The notes under the pieces were generated by a model. It did not search any database. It was given only the letters and a program-made list of their open reading frames with translations, and was not told the DNA's origin. The position numbers and the translations under genes were made by a program. Positions 1 to 10,075 of a DNA stretch of 64,000 bases are shown here, piece after piece; the first letter of the stretch is position 1, and each line of letters starts with the position of its first letter. Source of the DNA: Histomonas meleagridis 2922-C6/04-290x (Eukaryota > Protista > Parabasalia); contig JAANOX010000121.1 in the NCBI GenBank assembly GCA_020184695.1, positions 62,001-126,000 of the forward strand. The letters are read 5' to 3'.

Positions 1-107
1 AGCTCTGTTGATCGTGTCTATTAAGCTCAATTTTGTTACTGTAAATTAAACCGTTATCTCTCATTTTTGAGGCACCCCATACGATAGAGTTATTCAATGA
101 ACGATAG

Positions 108-1817
108 CTATTCCTTTTGTTCCAAATTTTTTATACCAACTGTAAATAATTCCATGAAATTTATTGCGTTTTTCTCAGGTTCAGTCATATCACACACCTT
201 CATATTAAGTATTTTGCTTAATTTTCCTGTTAAGTTTTCAGCGCAAGCTTTTAGTAGTAATAACTTATTAAAAGCGCTCATTTCGCATTTCTCATTTAAA
301 GACGAAACTATTAATTGAAGTAATTCACTATTACCACATTGTAAAGCGCATAAAAGTATTTTTGTAAGAGCTTGTAAAGGTATCTTCCGATTTTCTAATA
401 ATTTGCTATCTTCAAAATTAGTTTTTGTCATTTCGATCATATCAGAGAACTCGTCTGATATTGGAAGACACTTTAATTCAGTTGGAAATGAGCATTGCAT
501 TTCTAAACCAGGATCATATAAACCTTTAAATTGTTCATTGTTTAAATCTTCAGGTTCAAAGAATAATTGACTTTTTAAGTTTATTTCACCAGTATACTTT
601 ATTGCACGTCTTTGTTTAACAAATGGTTGAGTTAATGTTACATATGCAGTAGTTCCAATTGTTTTAATTATATGAAAAAGAAATTTCGCTTGCATATATT
701 TAATTCCTGAAATTGGATTCATTATAATATGATGTTCATAATGTGAAAGATTTTGTGAAAGTGCATTATTTGGTGTTGTACATTGTAATAAATAATCAGA
801 TTCTTCAAGTAATTTGGGTGAATTAGAAATTAGATACGAAAGATTTAGAAATGATATACAATCTTGATAATTACCAATAGCAAAACAATACATAGAACAT
901 ACAAGTGATGAAAGTGGTGTTGACCAAAGTGAATTCATAATTAATGGAAATACTTTCTTACATTGTTCATGTTTGTCATTCGCAATAAGTGTAAATGCAT
1001 AAAAACATGAAACCTCTAAATCATCGGGAAAAATTTGAAGATGATTTTCAATGGATGGAATTAAACTTTCGGCAAAATTAGAGTTAAATGATATATTACG
1101 AATAATAAAAAGAAGAATTTTAGGTAGTTTAGAATCATATTTCGCTAAGAAATTAATAATATAATCTTTATCGGTATTGATGATTAATGCAAATGTAATC
1201 GCAAGTTGTAAATCATCAGTAGAAACATGATTATTTACACAATATTCAATCTCAGAACGTGTAAGTTTAGGAGGATACCAAACGTAATAAAAGGGTGTAT
1301 TAATATAATTTGTTGATAAGAGTCCAAATAATAATGGTTGACCTGCTCTGTAATATCTTAGCTTAGAAGACAGCATAATTTGTTTCCAATCTTCTTCACT
1401 AATATTATCTTTTGTTAAAGAATCATCTTTAAATGATTTTTGGGTACATGTACAATTACCAGAAGTTGTAACAGTTATAATAACTTCTTTATTAGAAAAT
1501 GAATTCCATGAATAAATTGATCCTTTAACAATTTTAAAAGTTGAAGAACCTGGAAACCATCTTGCAGATTCTTGACGACCAAGTAAACTATAAAAATAAG
1601 CTGAAAACTGTGCTTGCGAATCAAGTGGAAGTCCACAAAGAGAATGAGTATATGCATTTGGCGTGTTTGAATAATGAAATAAAGAAGATTGGACTTTTCC
1701 AATACTTATGAGATCATCGGGCCCAAGCCCAAAATTATTGTTTTCGAGTTTCTTGTGACGTTCCTCAATGAGTTTTGACCCTTCTGATTCGTAAAGGCCC
1801 GAAATCGCTTTCGACAT
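108..1817 (-). CDS. ChAPs/Bch1/Bud7-like (exomer cargo adaptor family) protein, 569 aa
   Basis: N-terminal motifs LGPDDLISIGK, SLCGLPLDSQAQFSAYFYSL and KIVKGSIYSWNSFSNKEVIITVTTSG resemble, by eye, the ChAP signature (LGPPDLV..., GVD.SS.ASLAAY, KI..G.YCCYNAFS..D.RV.V.IPG). The remainder is helical/TPR-like. Confidence 0.65.
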   Translation of the reverse strand: MSKAISGLYESEGSKLIEERHKKLENNNFGLGPDDLISIGKVQSSLFHYSNTPNAYTHSLCGLPLDSQAQFSAYFYSLLGRQESARWFPGSSTFKIVKGSIYSWNSFSNKEVIITVTTSGNCTCTQKSFKDDSLTKDNISEEDWKQIMLSSKLRYYRAGQPLLFGLLSTNYINTPFYYVWYPPKLTRSEIEYCVNNHVSTDDLQLAITFALIINTDKDYIINFLAKYDSKLPKILLFIIRNISFNSNFAESLIPSIENHLQIFPDDLEVSCFYAFTLIANDKHEQCKKVFPLIMNSLWSTPLSSLVCSMYCFAIGNYQDCISFLNLSYLISNSPKLLEESDYLLQCTTPNNALSQNLSHYEHHIIMNPISGIKYMQAKFLFHIIKTIGTTAYVTLTQPFVKQRRAIKYTGEINLKSQLFFEPEDLNNEQFKGLYDPGLEMQCSFPTELKCLPISDEFSDMIEMTKTNFEDSKLLENRKIPLQALTKILLCALQCGNSELLQLIVSSLNEKCEMSAFNKLLLLKACAENLTGKLSKILNMKVCDMTEPEKNAINFMELFTVGIKNLEQKE

Positions 1818-1884
1818 TTCCTTTAACGTTCAACAAAAAAAGAAAAACATTTTTATTTAGAAGAAATAAATCAAAATAAATTGT

Positions 1885-2439
1885 TCAGAAAAATGGATTT
1901 TCTTGAAAAAGTTCAGTAGAAGTGTTATTAGGTTCATTGTTATTTTGTGTATCAAATTCAGATTTTTCTCTTCTCCATGTAAATTTCTTTTTCTTTGTAT
2001 TGTTGGTGTGATATAAATATTGCTGTTCATTTCTAATTGTTTCTTCAATAGATGAGTCAATTATTTCTTGAAGTTGAGAAAGTGATCTTTCATTTTCTAT
2101 TACTCGTTTTTGTACAGATTTCAATTTTGATTTCATTCTTTTGTAGTGTTTCTTAAGTGAAGCATCCAGTTGACTATAAATCTTTTTTTCAATATTTGTG
2201 ATCATTTCAAATTCTCTTGGCATTGGTTGGGAACTACTTAGTTCTTCTCTCTGTGGTGGTGTAAATCTTATGTAAGGTCCAATTGTTTGTTGAGATGAGC
2301 TAACATTTTGTCGGCTAAATCCAACAGAAGGAAACATTGGACTCCACTCATTTTGTAAAAACAAAGGAGAAGAATTAAGCATCACATTAGCAATCGATGG
2401 GCTTTGTCGTTGCCCAAATCCTCCGTCAGGATTCAGCAT
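1885..2439 (-). CDS. Hypothetical protein with central coiled coil, 184 aa
   Basis: ATG-initiated ORF with S/P/Q-rich N-terminus and heptad-like segment (LKKHYKRMKSKLKSVQKRVIENERSLSQLQEII). No family recognised. Confidence 0.6.
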   Translation of the reverse strand: MLNPDGGFGQRQSPSIANVMLNSSPLFLQNEWSPMFPSVGFSRQNVSSSQQTIGPYIRFTPPQREELSSSQPMPREFEMITNIEKKIYSQLDASLKKHYKRMKSKLKSVQKRVIENERSLSQLQEIIDSSIEETIRNEQQYLYHTNNTKKKKFTWRREKSEFDTQNNNEPNNTSTELFQENPFF

Positions 2440-2523
2440 CTAATCACAACATCAAAAAACTGATTTGAAAACTTTACAACAAAATCAAAGTTTTGGATTT
2501 TTTGGGGCGCCCCAAATTTTCAA

Positions 2524-2934
2524 ATGTTTCGCCCTAAAAAAGATTTTAGTGCTGTTGTCGTATGTTCACATATTTTAATAATGTTATTTGCATTTTATAT
2601 CGGCTTTATAGCAATTATAATGTTGATTGATGCGATTTTTAAAATTCAATTTTCTTTCAACCAAATATTTGATTACAGACTTTTTGTTTTTAGCAAAGAA
2701 ACAATAATTTCGGCAATAGGTGAAGCTGTTGGTGGAATTTTAAGTGCTGCTTTATTTTCTGTAGTTGAAGGTCGGCATCGAAGAGCATTTGATTTCATCA
2801 GTACAACATATTTCTCTTATTTACTTTTCGCATGGTTTTTTTACGGATTCCCTCGGACATCTTTGTGGTGGCTCATATTCATATTGTCTATGTTGATATC
2901 TTTTTTGTTTGCGATGAAAATTTCTCTCCACTAA
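2524..2934 (+). CDS. SYS1: SYS1-like Golgi integral membrane protein (136 aa; homology appears to continue past the TAA to 2988)
   Basis: Four hydrophobic segments with SYS1 motifs: QIFDY (QMFD), RRAFDFISTTYFSYLL (RGKQCLDFTVTVHFFHLL), FPRTSLWW (FPSALTWW). Confidence 0.8.
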   Translation: MFRPKKDFSAVVVCSHILIMLFAFYIGFIAIIMLIDAIFKIQFSFNQIFDYRLFVFSKETIISAIGEAVGGILSAALFSVVEGRHRRAFDFISTTYFSYLLFAWFFYGFPRTSLWWLIFILSMLISFLFAMKISLH

Positions 2935-3469
2935 GAAATGAAGGACATCTTAATTGAGCCATTTTTTGTTGACACATCAGGACACTAATTTGATTGTATA
3001 AACATTTTGTATCTTTATTCAGAAATTTTATGCTTAATATTTTTGTTTCAATCTGTTATTTACTTTTGTGTTTTTTAATTAATAAAATGAAATAAAGAAA
3101 ACATATTTAACTTTTATAAATACCAAACTGTTTCTTATGTAAATTGATAATATGAAAACTTTATCCATTAGCTAACAAGAAAGGTTCTGTAGCTTTTTAC
3201 TCGAGGACGCATTACTTAGGATACAGAAGCATTTCATATAGATAAAGAGTTACTCTGCATTGGAAGGATTAATTAAAAAAAAATATTTGGCAGACAAAAT
3301 GTAACATATTAATAATATTTTCAAAATTGTAATCACTTTAAATGTTTTTTTTTATTAAATGTAATCACCAAATAAGAAATTTTTTAAGTACATCGATACC
3401 GAAATAAACGAAAACAATTTCAAAAATTATTTATTGAGTTAACTTAACATCGAAACAATTTGTTACATT

Positions 3470-6127
3470 TTAACTCGACAGCGAATTATAAGATATCGCG
3501 ATGTGCGACAGCCTTCTCAGGTTCATGTACATTGGCGACGACGTCGGCGTCTTCTGGAACAATTCCAAAGTTGCGCTGAGCAGCTCCTCTGACATTTCGT
3601 TCATTTTCTTGTTCACGATTATATTTTTCGGGTCGAATTTCGTCAAAAGATTCAACAAAAACGGAATTATTTCATCGCTATAATTCGTCATGTTATCGAT
3701 GAAAACTTCAGCGATTTCAAGTAATGTTTGTGTCGATAATGTACTTAATGATCTTTCGAATCGATTATCTTTACATAGATACAAAAGATGTTCAATCGAT
3801 TTTTGACATGCGAATCGAAAACTATTTTCGACTTTCCCTTCATTAAACATGTTCACATATTTTTGTGGTAAATCACATATTAATACTTCGACATTTTTCG
3901 ATCTTTTGATCATCATCGACACTTTATTTTCTAACAAAGAAACTTGTTCTTCCATCTTTTTAGTGAATGAATTAATATACCCAATTGCATTAGAATTAGA
4001 ATTATTATTATTTCGTAAGATTTGTAATGATTGGTTAATTGAATCCTCGGCGGTTTTTAGGATGTCCCGTATCATATCACATGTCACAGCTTGGTTTGAC
4101 TTGTTTACATCATGCAAAGTGACGTTATTGTAAACATCCCAAATGCATAGAATCCCATTGTTGACGATAGCAAATTTTGAGATGAATTGTGACTCATAAT
4201 TTCCATTGTTTACATGGTACATAAACTCTGAATCATTAATATAAATTTTGTTACCTGAAAAAGCGACAATTTCTTCACTACTAAATACTAAATCAATGTT
4301 TTCCAACTTTTTAATTAATGTAATGTTCCGATTTCGTTTTGAAATTATATATTGTGATAAAACTCCTTTCGAAAATTCATAATAATAATTGTCATCACAA
4401 TAAACTTTGGTATATTCATCAATTTCTTTCGAGAAAATTGGAGTGAATGCAAAGTCATGACGTGTGTAACATGACACAACTCCTTTCGATATGATTAACT
4501 TATATTCATTTGAGATATCATAGTTATCTACGGAATCATAAAGTGATCGAATATATATTTGTCCTGTTGTCGATATTTGCATTGCATATAATGTATCTGA
4601 TGCTAATATAAAGAAACGTGATGATGATAATTGATCACATATAATACTTCTGACATTACTTATCGAATAAACAAAGGTTAAAATCATGTTTTCATAATTA
4701 AAGGAATAAATGCCTTCATAATTACCAAACAATAACGTGCCTGGGCCAAGAGCTGTAAACGTCGTCATTTGATATTCGGCAGGAATTTGGTATTGAATGC
4801 AGTTGACCGTTAAGAGTGATGAGGTGACATCAAACGAAGCTTCGAGGAAGCCGTTAAATATGTACTGGATGTTGTTGAATGTGTTTGGAGGCTCGCGCGT
4901 TTGCGTTGGCGGCTGCTCTTGCGTTACCATGTTATCGTTGGTGATTTCGGGTGGGGTGTTGTTTTGTTGTTCAGTTTGTTGATCATTTGGAAGTACATCT
5001 TGTGTCTGGTTTTGTGGTGATTTGGATTTGTTACTGATTTGATCTTTTGCGATTTGTTGCTGATTGGTTGGTTTGGGCTCATTTTGGTTTGCATTTTGTG
5101 ATTGTTTTTGTGGCGATTTGGATTTGTTGCTGTTTTGTTCTTTTGCGTTTTGTTGATTGGTTGGCTTAGGCTCATTTTGGTTTGCGTTTTGTGATTTGGA
5201 TTTATTATTGATTTGATCTTTTGCGATTTGTTGTTGATTGTTTGGTTTAGACTCATTTTGATTTGCGTTTTGTGTCTGTTTTTGTGGTGATTTGGATTTG
5301 TTGCTGTTTTGTTCTTTTGCGCTTTGCTGATTATTGGTTGGCTTGGGTTTAGCTTCAGATGGATTTGGATTTGCTTTTGGCGATCCTTTGGATTTGGGTG
5401 TGTTTTGTTGTTCTTTAGTTTGCTTGTTAGAAGTTTTGCCTTTGTTATCATTTTGATTTGGAATTTGTTTTTGGGGAGATTTGGATTTAGAATTGCTCGC
5501 TTGCTCGTTGGGCGAAGGCTGTTTATTAGATGCCTTGTTTTTGCTTTCGTTTTGCGATGATTTTTGTGATGATTTCTGTTTGGTATTCGTTGATTGATCT
5601 TTGGATGGAGTTTGTTTGTTCTTACCCTTTGCATCGTTAGAGTTTGATGTTTGCTTTTGAGTTGGTTTCTGTTTGTTATTAATTGGCTCATTGGTTGGTA
5701 TTTGTTTAATGGTTAACTTTTTCTTATTTTCAGTTGAGCTTGTATTTGGAGATTGTTTTTGAGTATCTTTGGGTTTGTTGGCGTTGGCTTGTTTGTTTAT
5801 AGGAGTTGTTTGTTTATCAAGATGAGGAAAAAGATTATTCGCTTGATTTGACATGTCACATAATTTTGCGAATGTAAGAATGTCTGTGTCAGATTCATCG
5901 AGCGGCTTAGAATTTGTATCATTAGTATCTTTATTATCAATATATTCAGTTTTAATTTGAAGTTGTTGAACTGGTTGTTGAATAGATTGCTCGTTTTCTC
6001 TTGTTACAATTTTGGAAGGATCCATCAGGAATTCGAAGTTCATCTTGAATAATCGATATGAATACGGTTGTTTGAGGCAACGTTTGAGACTATTCAAAAA
6101 GTTGTGCAATTGTGTGGTTACCGACAT
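3470..6127 (-). CDS. Large protein: Q/N/K/S low-complexity repeats, beta-propeller-like middle, coiled coil, possible EDC4/Ge-1-like C-terminal domain
   Basis: The ORF track starts at a non-ATG codon overlapping DIM1; the first ATG is at 6127 (MSVTTQLHN) with Inr-like TCACA just upstream. The C-terminus LSTQTLLEIA...FDPKNIIVNKKM...TPTSSPMYMNLRRLSH resembles the EDC4 C-terminal helical domain by eye. Confidence 0.6.
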   Translation of the reverse strand: MSVTTQLHNFLNSLKRCLKQPYSYRLFKMNFEFLMDPSKIVTRENEQSIQQPVQQLQIKTEYIDNKDTNDTNSKPLDESDTDILTFAKLCDMSNQANNLFPHLDKQTTPINKQANANKPKDTQKQSPNTSSTENKKKLTIKQIPTNEPINNKQKPTQKQTSNSNDAKGKNKQTPSKDQSTNTKQKSSQKSSQNESKNKASNKQPSPNEQASNSKSKSPQKQIPNQNDNKGKTSNKQTKEQQNTPKSKGSPKANPNPSEAKPKPTNNQQSAKEQNSNKSKSPQKQTQNANQNESKPNNQQQIAKDQINNKSKSQNANQNEPKPTNQQNAKEQNSNKSKSPQKQSQNANQNEPKPTNQQQIAKDQISNKSKSPQNQTQDVLPNDQQTEQQNNTPPEITNDNMVTQEQPPTQTREPPNTFNNIQYIFNGFLEASFDVTSSLLTVNCIQYQIPAEYQMTTFTALGPGTLLFGNYEGIYSFNYENMILTFVYSISNVRSIICDQLSSSRFFILASDTLYAMQISTTGQIYIRSLYDSVDNYDISNEYKLIISKGVVSCYTRHDFAFTPIFSKEIDEYTKVYCDDNYYYEFSKGVLSQYIISKRNRNITLIKKLENIDLVFSSEEIVAFSGNKIYINDSEFMYHVNNGNYESQFISKFAIVNNGILCIWDVYNNVTLHDVNKSNQAVTCDMIRDILKTAEDSINQSLQILRNNNNSNSNAIGYINSFTKKMEEQVSLLENKVSMMIKRSKNVEVLICDLPQKYVNMFNEGKVENSFRFACQKSIEHLLYLCKDNRFERSLSTLSTQTLLEIAEVFIDNMTNYSDEIIPFLLNLLTKFDPKNIIVNKKMNEMSEELLSATLELFQKTPTSSPMYMNLRRLSHIAISYNSLSS
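4990..5480 (-). repeat. Coding tandem repeat, about 5 degenerate units of 25-32 aa (KSKSPQKQTQNANQNEPKPTNQQQIAKDQINN)
   Basis: Recurrent KSKSP, NQNE(P/S)KP and QQ(I/N)AK(D/E)Q in the translation; recurrent gatttggattt on the + strand. Confidence 0.8.
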
Positions 6128-6147
6128 TTGATGTGAAATTTCCCAAA

Positions 6148-6585
6148 ATGTCTTTTTTGCTAACTCATCTTCACACAGGATGGGATGTTGACCAAGCAAT
6201 TCTATGGGAAAAAGAAAAGCTTGTGGTCATTAGATTTGGCCATGATACAGATTCAACTTGCATGAAGATGGACGAGATGTTAGCTTCTGTTGCTGAATAT
6301 CTCAAAAATTTTGTCGTAATTTATGTAGTAGATATTACTGAAGTACCTTATTTTAATACAATGTACGAACTTAATGACCCATGTTCAACCATGTTTTTCT
6401 TCAGAAATAAACTTGTTCAAGTCGATTTCGGAACAGGAGATAACTATAAAATGAACTTCCTTATGAAGACGAAGCAGGAATTTATTGACATTTGCGAATT
6501 AATTTATAGAACTGTTACAAGAGGAGATGGACTTGTGAAATCAATTATCAACTACGCATCAAACGATTCAAGATACATTGAATAA
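6148..6585 (+). CDS. DIM1: DIM1/TXNL4A/Dib1 U5 snRNP thioredoxin-like protein
   Basis: MSFLLTHLHTGWDVDQAIL...LVVIRFGHD...CMKMDE...IYVVDITEVPYFNTMYEL.DPCSTMFFFRNK...DFGTG matches the Dim1 consensus. ATG at 6148. Confidence 0.93.
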   Translation: MSFLLTHLHTGWDVDQAILWEKEKLVVIRFGHDTDSTCMKMDEMLASVAEYLKNFVVIYVVDITEVPYFNTMYELNDPCSTMFFFRNKLVQVDFGTGDNYKMNFLMKTKQEFIDICELIYRTVTRGDGLVKSIINYASNDSRYIE

Positions 6586-6686
6586 CCTGGTTCTTTGGTA
6601 TGTACAGAAGCTAAACAAGATTTTATAATGACCAAAAAAATCAAATTTATATAAACTGTAAATATTTAATTAAAAAGAAAAAATTT

Positions 6687-6758
6687 TGGTTCCACCAGGA
6701 GTCGAACCTGGGTCTCGGGATTCAGAGTCCCAAGTGATAGCCGTTACACTATGGAACC
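6687..6758 (-). tRNA. tRNA-Gln (anticodon CTG)
   Basis: Reverse complement GGTTCCATAGTGTAACGGCTATCACTTGGGACTCTGAATCCCGAGACCCAGGTTCGACTCCTGGTGGAACCA (72 nt) folds as a cloverleaf with TTCGA T-loop and CT-CTG-AA anticodon loop. Confidence 0.95.
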
Positions 6759-7399
6759 TTTCCAGAAAAGAAAATAAATATAATAATTATAGTTTATATT
6801 CTTTTTTGTTAACTCTAACTTTTGTATGATCATTTGTAGATAATTTTATTTTGAATCTTTTTTATTTGTATGCGTTTTAATTTGCATCAAATGTTTTTTG
6901 TTTCAATTCTGTTGAATTATTTAATTCAAGAAAATGTAAATTCATAGTTCAAAGATCCATTTTTGTATAACACTATCGATAATTTATACAAAAAAACATT
7001 TGTATTAAATACTCGTTTAAAATGTGCAATTGCTATAAAAAAATTTTCCGTAAGTAAATTTGCTAAAAATTATTATTTCCATTTATCTTCCATTATAAAC
7101 CCTCAAAAATATTACACCATTCCTTGCTGCTTTAAATTAGTTATTGTGATAATTTGGATTCTCTTTGATTTTAACTGAATATATATAAATTTTCCAACAA
7201 TAAAATGAAAGCATTGACCAATGACAAGCTAAAATTTATATGAATTGTTTGTGTGAGCCTTTACCAAATCCTAATAAATTCCACCAACAATTGTTTAGAT
7301 TATCAGATATTAATATAACTTTATAACTAATTAATTATTACATATTTTGTAAGTACAAATTCATAAACTATTTTTATATTTAGATCATTTATTTCAATT

Positions 7400-8734
7400 T
7401 TATTGATTTTCAAATTGTGATTCACTTTCATTGAAATAATCACATGGTGATTCCAACACACTATCACCGAACTCTTTTTCATGAATCAAATTGAACAGTT
7501 CAGTACAAACAATTTGTGGATGTGTTCTCCCCTTCTCCACAAGTGCCTCGATCGTATCGTCTTTGGCACTTTCGCTTCCTTTGTAAACCTTTGAAGCATT
7601 AATCATCGTTCGAATTAACGGTTTCGTTACATCGGGTCTTAATGCTTTGAAAGGACACCCATGAGTTTGATCAGCAGAAGAAGCAGGACCCATAATTATA
7701 CCTCTACAAGAATATGGTGAGAGATCTTTGTTTGAACCTTCTTTGCCATAAATATGTCTAATGTTATAAGCATATTGTTTTTCGAATCCATCAATTCCAA
7801 CAACTTTTGACAATTCATCACACCAAAGCTTAAGCGAGTCATTTAGAGATAAGCCAATACCTTTCAGAAATAAGCCAAACTGGAGTCGACCGAGATGGAA
7901 TAATTTATGATTTTGTCGAAGCTTTTGATACATTCGAAACATACAAGGAGGAAATGAACGTGCCGCAACAGTTTCAATGTCGTTCAGTGAAAGTGTTGTA
8001 TAATTAGTTCTTTGTTTGTTTACTGATGCAACAAATGTCTTTTCTTCGAATAATTTTAACATAATATTAAATAAATTACTTTCATGTATATGTTGTTGGC
8101 GAAGTTTTGCCATACGTTTTGTAAGATATACTCGATAAAGTGATCCAATAAATAATACAAAATCAGATAAATTCATATGAATAATGCCGCCTTCAATACG
8201 TGCACTAGAAACATCTATATATGGTAACACAATTGCAAATGGAACTTCAAATGTATTTGTATTCATTTTGTAATAACGATTAAGATTAAAATTAGCATCT
8301 TCAAATAGCAATGGATCAATGTCATCGAGTGTAAAACGTTGGCTTTTAAGACGATATTGAAAGATTTTGGTTTCATTTTCAATGAAATCATGTTGAGAAT
8401 CGATAGAATGAAGCGATATAATCATTAATGAATAAAATCCAATTTGATCAATATAAGCTTGATCAAAATCTCCTTCAAGATTTTCTGGAAAAATTCCGTT
8501 AATTGGAAGTGTTTTAAGTAATATGCCAGTTGGGATACAATAACGTGTAAAGGTTGGTCCAGGATCTCCTTTTTCAAGAGATGACAAACTTTCATGGAAT
8601 CTATATCGATGATATGCAAGTGATACAATTTCTTCAATTCCTAGTTCATATTGAGGTATATCTTTGTATATTGGGAAGTATTTTTCTGTTGATCTACTAG
8701 ATGATGGCTTCTGAACTTTGACTCCAGGAATCAT
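7400..8734 (-). CDS. PRIM2: DNA primase large subunit (Fe-S domain)
   Basis: SFPPCM, HKLFHLGRLQFGLFLKGIGL, YAYNIRHIYGKEG, PYSC and HGCPF motifs. Confidence 0.93.
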   Translation of the reverse strand: MIPGVKVQKPSSSRSTEKYFPIYKDIPQYELGIEEIVSLAYHRYRFHESLSSLEKGDPGPTFTRYCIPTGILLKTLPINGIFPENLEGDFDQAYIDQIGFYSLMIISLHSIDSQHDFIENETKIFQYRLKSQRFTLDDIDPLLFEDANFNLNRYYKMNTNTFEVPFAIVLPYIDVSSARIEGGIIHMNLSDFVLFIGSLYRVYLTKRMAKLRQQHIHESNLFNIMLKLFEEKTFVASVNKQRTNYTTLSLNDIETVAARSFPPCMFRMYQKLRQNHKLFHLGRLQFGLFLKGIGLSLNDSLKLWCDELSKVVGIDGFEKQYAYNIRHIYGKEGSNKDLSPYSCRGIIMGPASSADQTHGCPFKALRPDVTKPLIRTMINASKVYKGSESAKDDTIEALVEKGRTHPQIVCTELFNLIHEKEFGDSVLESPCDYFNESESQFENQ

Positions 8735-8959
8735 CTGTATCTTTCTTGTTCAGCCGTCACTTTTTTAAATAAAAATCAAAATATTTTGGTCAATAAATAA
8801 AATTACATTAAAACAATTGGTATCTTTAATTCTATTATAAAATGTTTACCTAAGTTTGAAAAATTTTTTATGAATTATTAAGTTATTGACTCAATTTATC
8901 ATCATTTGACCACAAATAGTGAAGAGATTAAAAATAAACGTACTGTGGTAACGTTCAAA

Positions 8960-9583
8960 ATGGAGCTGAATGAAAAACAATTAGAAAAAGCACTTTCTGA
9001 TTATAATCTTGCATACGAATTCACAAAGAAAACACACGAATCAGATTTAAATCGGATTGATTCATTAAATGGTTTAATGGAAAACTTTGATGATTTCTTC
9101 TATGAATTTGTTTATGTTGTCCTTGCTTCTGGATTCAAGGGAAGGATTGCAGCAAAACTGACGCCATTGCTTGTTGATTGTAAAGGAGATATGGACAAAA
9201 TGGGGAAAATATTTAAAAATAAATCCAAACTTAATGCAATCAATAAAATATGGAATATGAAAGACCAATGGGATAAACTAAGATCTTCATTTCACACAGT
9301 TAATGATCTCACTTCTCTTCCATATATTGGTGATGTTACCAAGTATCACCTTGCAAGAAATATTGGTCTTATATCATGTGCAAAACCTGATCTCCACCTT
9401 TGTCGTTGGGCTGAAAAAATATGTGGAAAAGGCGATGAAGAATCTGTTTCAAAAATTATTAATGCAATTGCAAACAAAGTCGGAAGGAAACAAGGTGGTG
9501 TAGACTTTGCTCTTTGGGTTTGGCTATCTCACAACAAAGGTGACGAGCTTGAGTGTTGTAATGGCGGATATGCTCTTCGATAA
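8960..9583 (+). CDS. Helix-hairpin-helix (HhH-GPD-like) DNA glycosylase-superfamily protein of prokaryotic type
   Basis: LTSLPYIGDVTKYHLARNIG...KPDLHLCR is an HhH motif followed by a conserved-Asp segment; FVYVVLASGF in the N-terminal part. First ATG at 8960 (ORF track uses TTG at 8906). Confidence 0.6.
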   Translation: MELNEKQLEKALSDYNLAYEFTKKTHESDLNRIDSLNGLMENFDDFFYEFVYVVLASGFKGRIAAKLTPLLVDCKGDMDKMGKIFKNKSKLNAINKIWNMKDQWDKLRSSFHTVNDLTSLPYIGDVTKYHLARNIGLISCAKPDLHLCRWAEKICGKGDEESVSKIINAIANKVGRKQGGVDFALWVWLSHNKGDELECCNGGYALR

Positions 9584-10075
9584 AACCCCAAGTATCAGGT
9601 AATATTCATAAAACTAGTTAATAATCTTTTGTGGTATTTGTGGTTTTTATAAAGGTAACTATTTTTTTTTCGTATTTATGTGCTTCAACCATCATATATG
9701 ATAAAAGGAATTAGTGAATTGAATCTTACTTCGAATTTGTGTTACAAGTTAAAGATTTCCTTATTGTGATTTGTCTAGAAGTTGAAAAATATTTCAATGA
9801 ATGAAAATGATTTTTGAATTTAACACAGCTGATATCTCACAAACATTTTCTTAAATTAAAAAATAATTTAAAAAAATTATAGTAATTTCCAGAAATCATA
9901 AGCTTAAATTGTGTTTAAACCTTTTCATGAAAAAAGAGACGATCGATAAAATTGCGAGGGGAAATTTGCCAACAAAACCTTATCTGTTCCCTAACTTTTG
10001 ATAAGAATTTCAAATGATTCACGAAAAATTGAATTGTTTACTTACGATGTAAAAACTTTCAAATTCAAAAAATTT

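Noticed and set aside
2932-2934. Genome-wide TAA/TAG-to-Gln reassignment
   Set aside because: Conserved genes (DIM1 aside, e.g. PRIM2, LST8, NAA40, calmodulin-like) end at TAA at the expected position and contain no internal stops. The tRNA-Gln here has a normal CTG anticodon.
4797-5691. Antisense and alternative-frame ORFs over the repeat region (also those over other genes, e.g. 27674-27988, 29501-29860, 55335-55661)
   Set aside because: Shadows of low-complexity or GC-richer coding sequence; no recognisable domains.
6128-6199. Non-ATG N-terminal extensions in the ORF track (6199, 8906, 15657, 22294, 38906, 51249 and others)
   Set aside because: Homology begins at a downstream ATG, often with an Inr-like element; some extensions overlap neighbouring genes.
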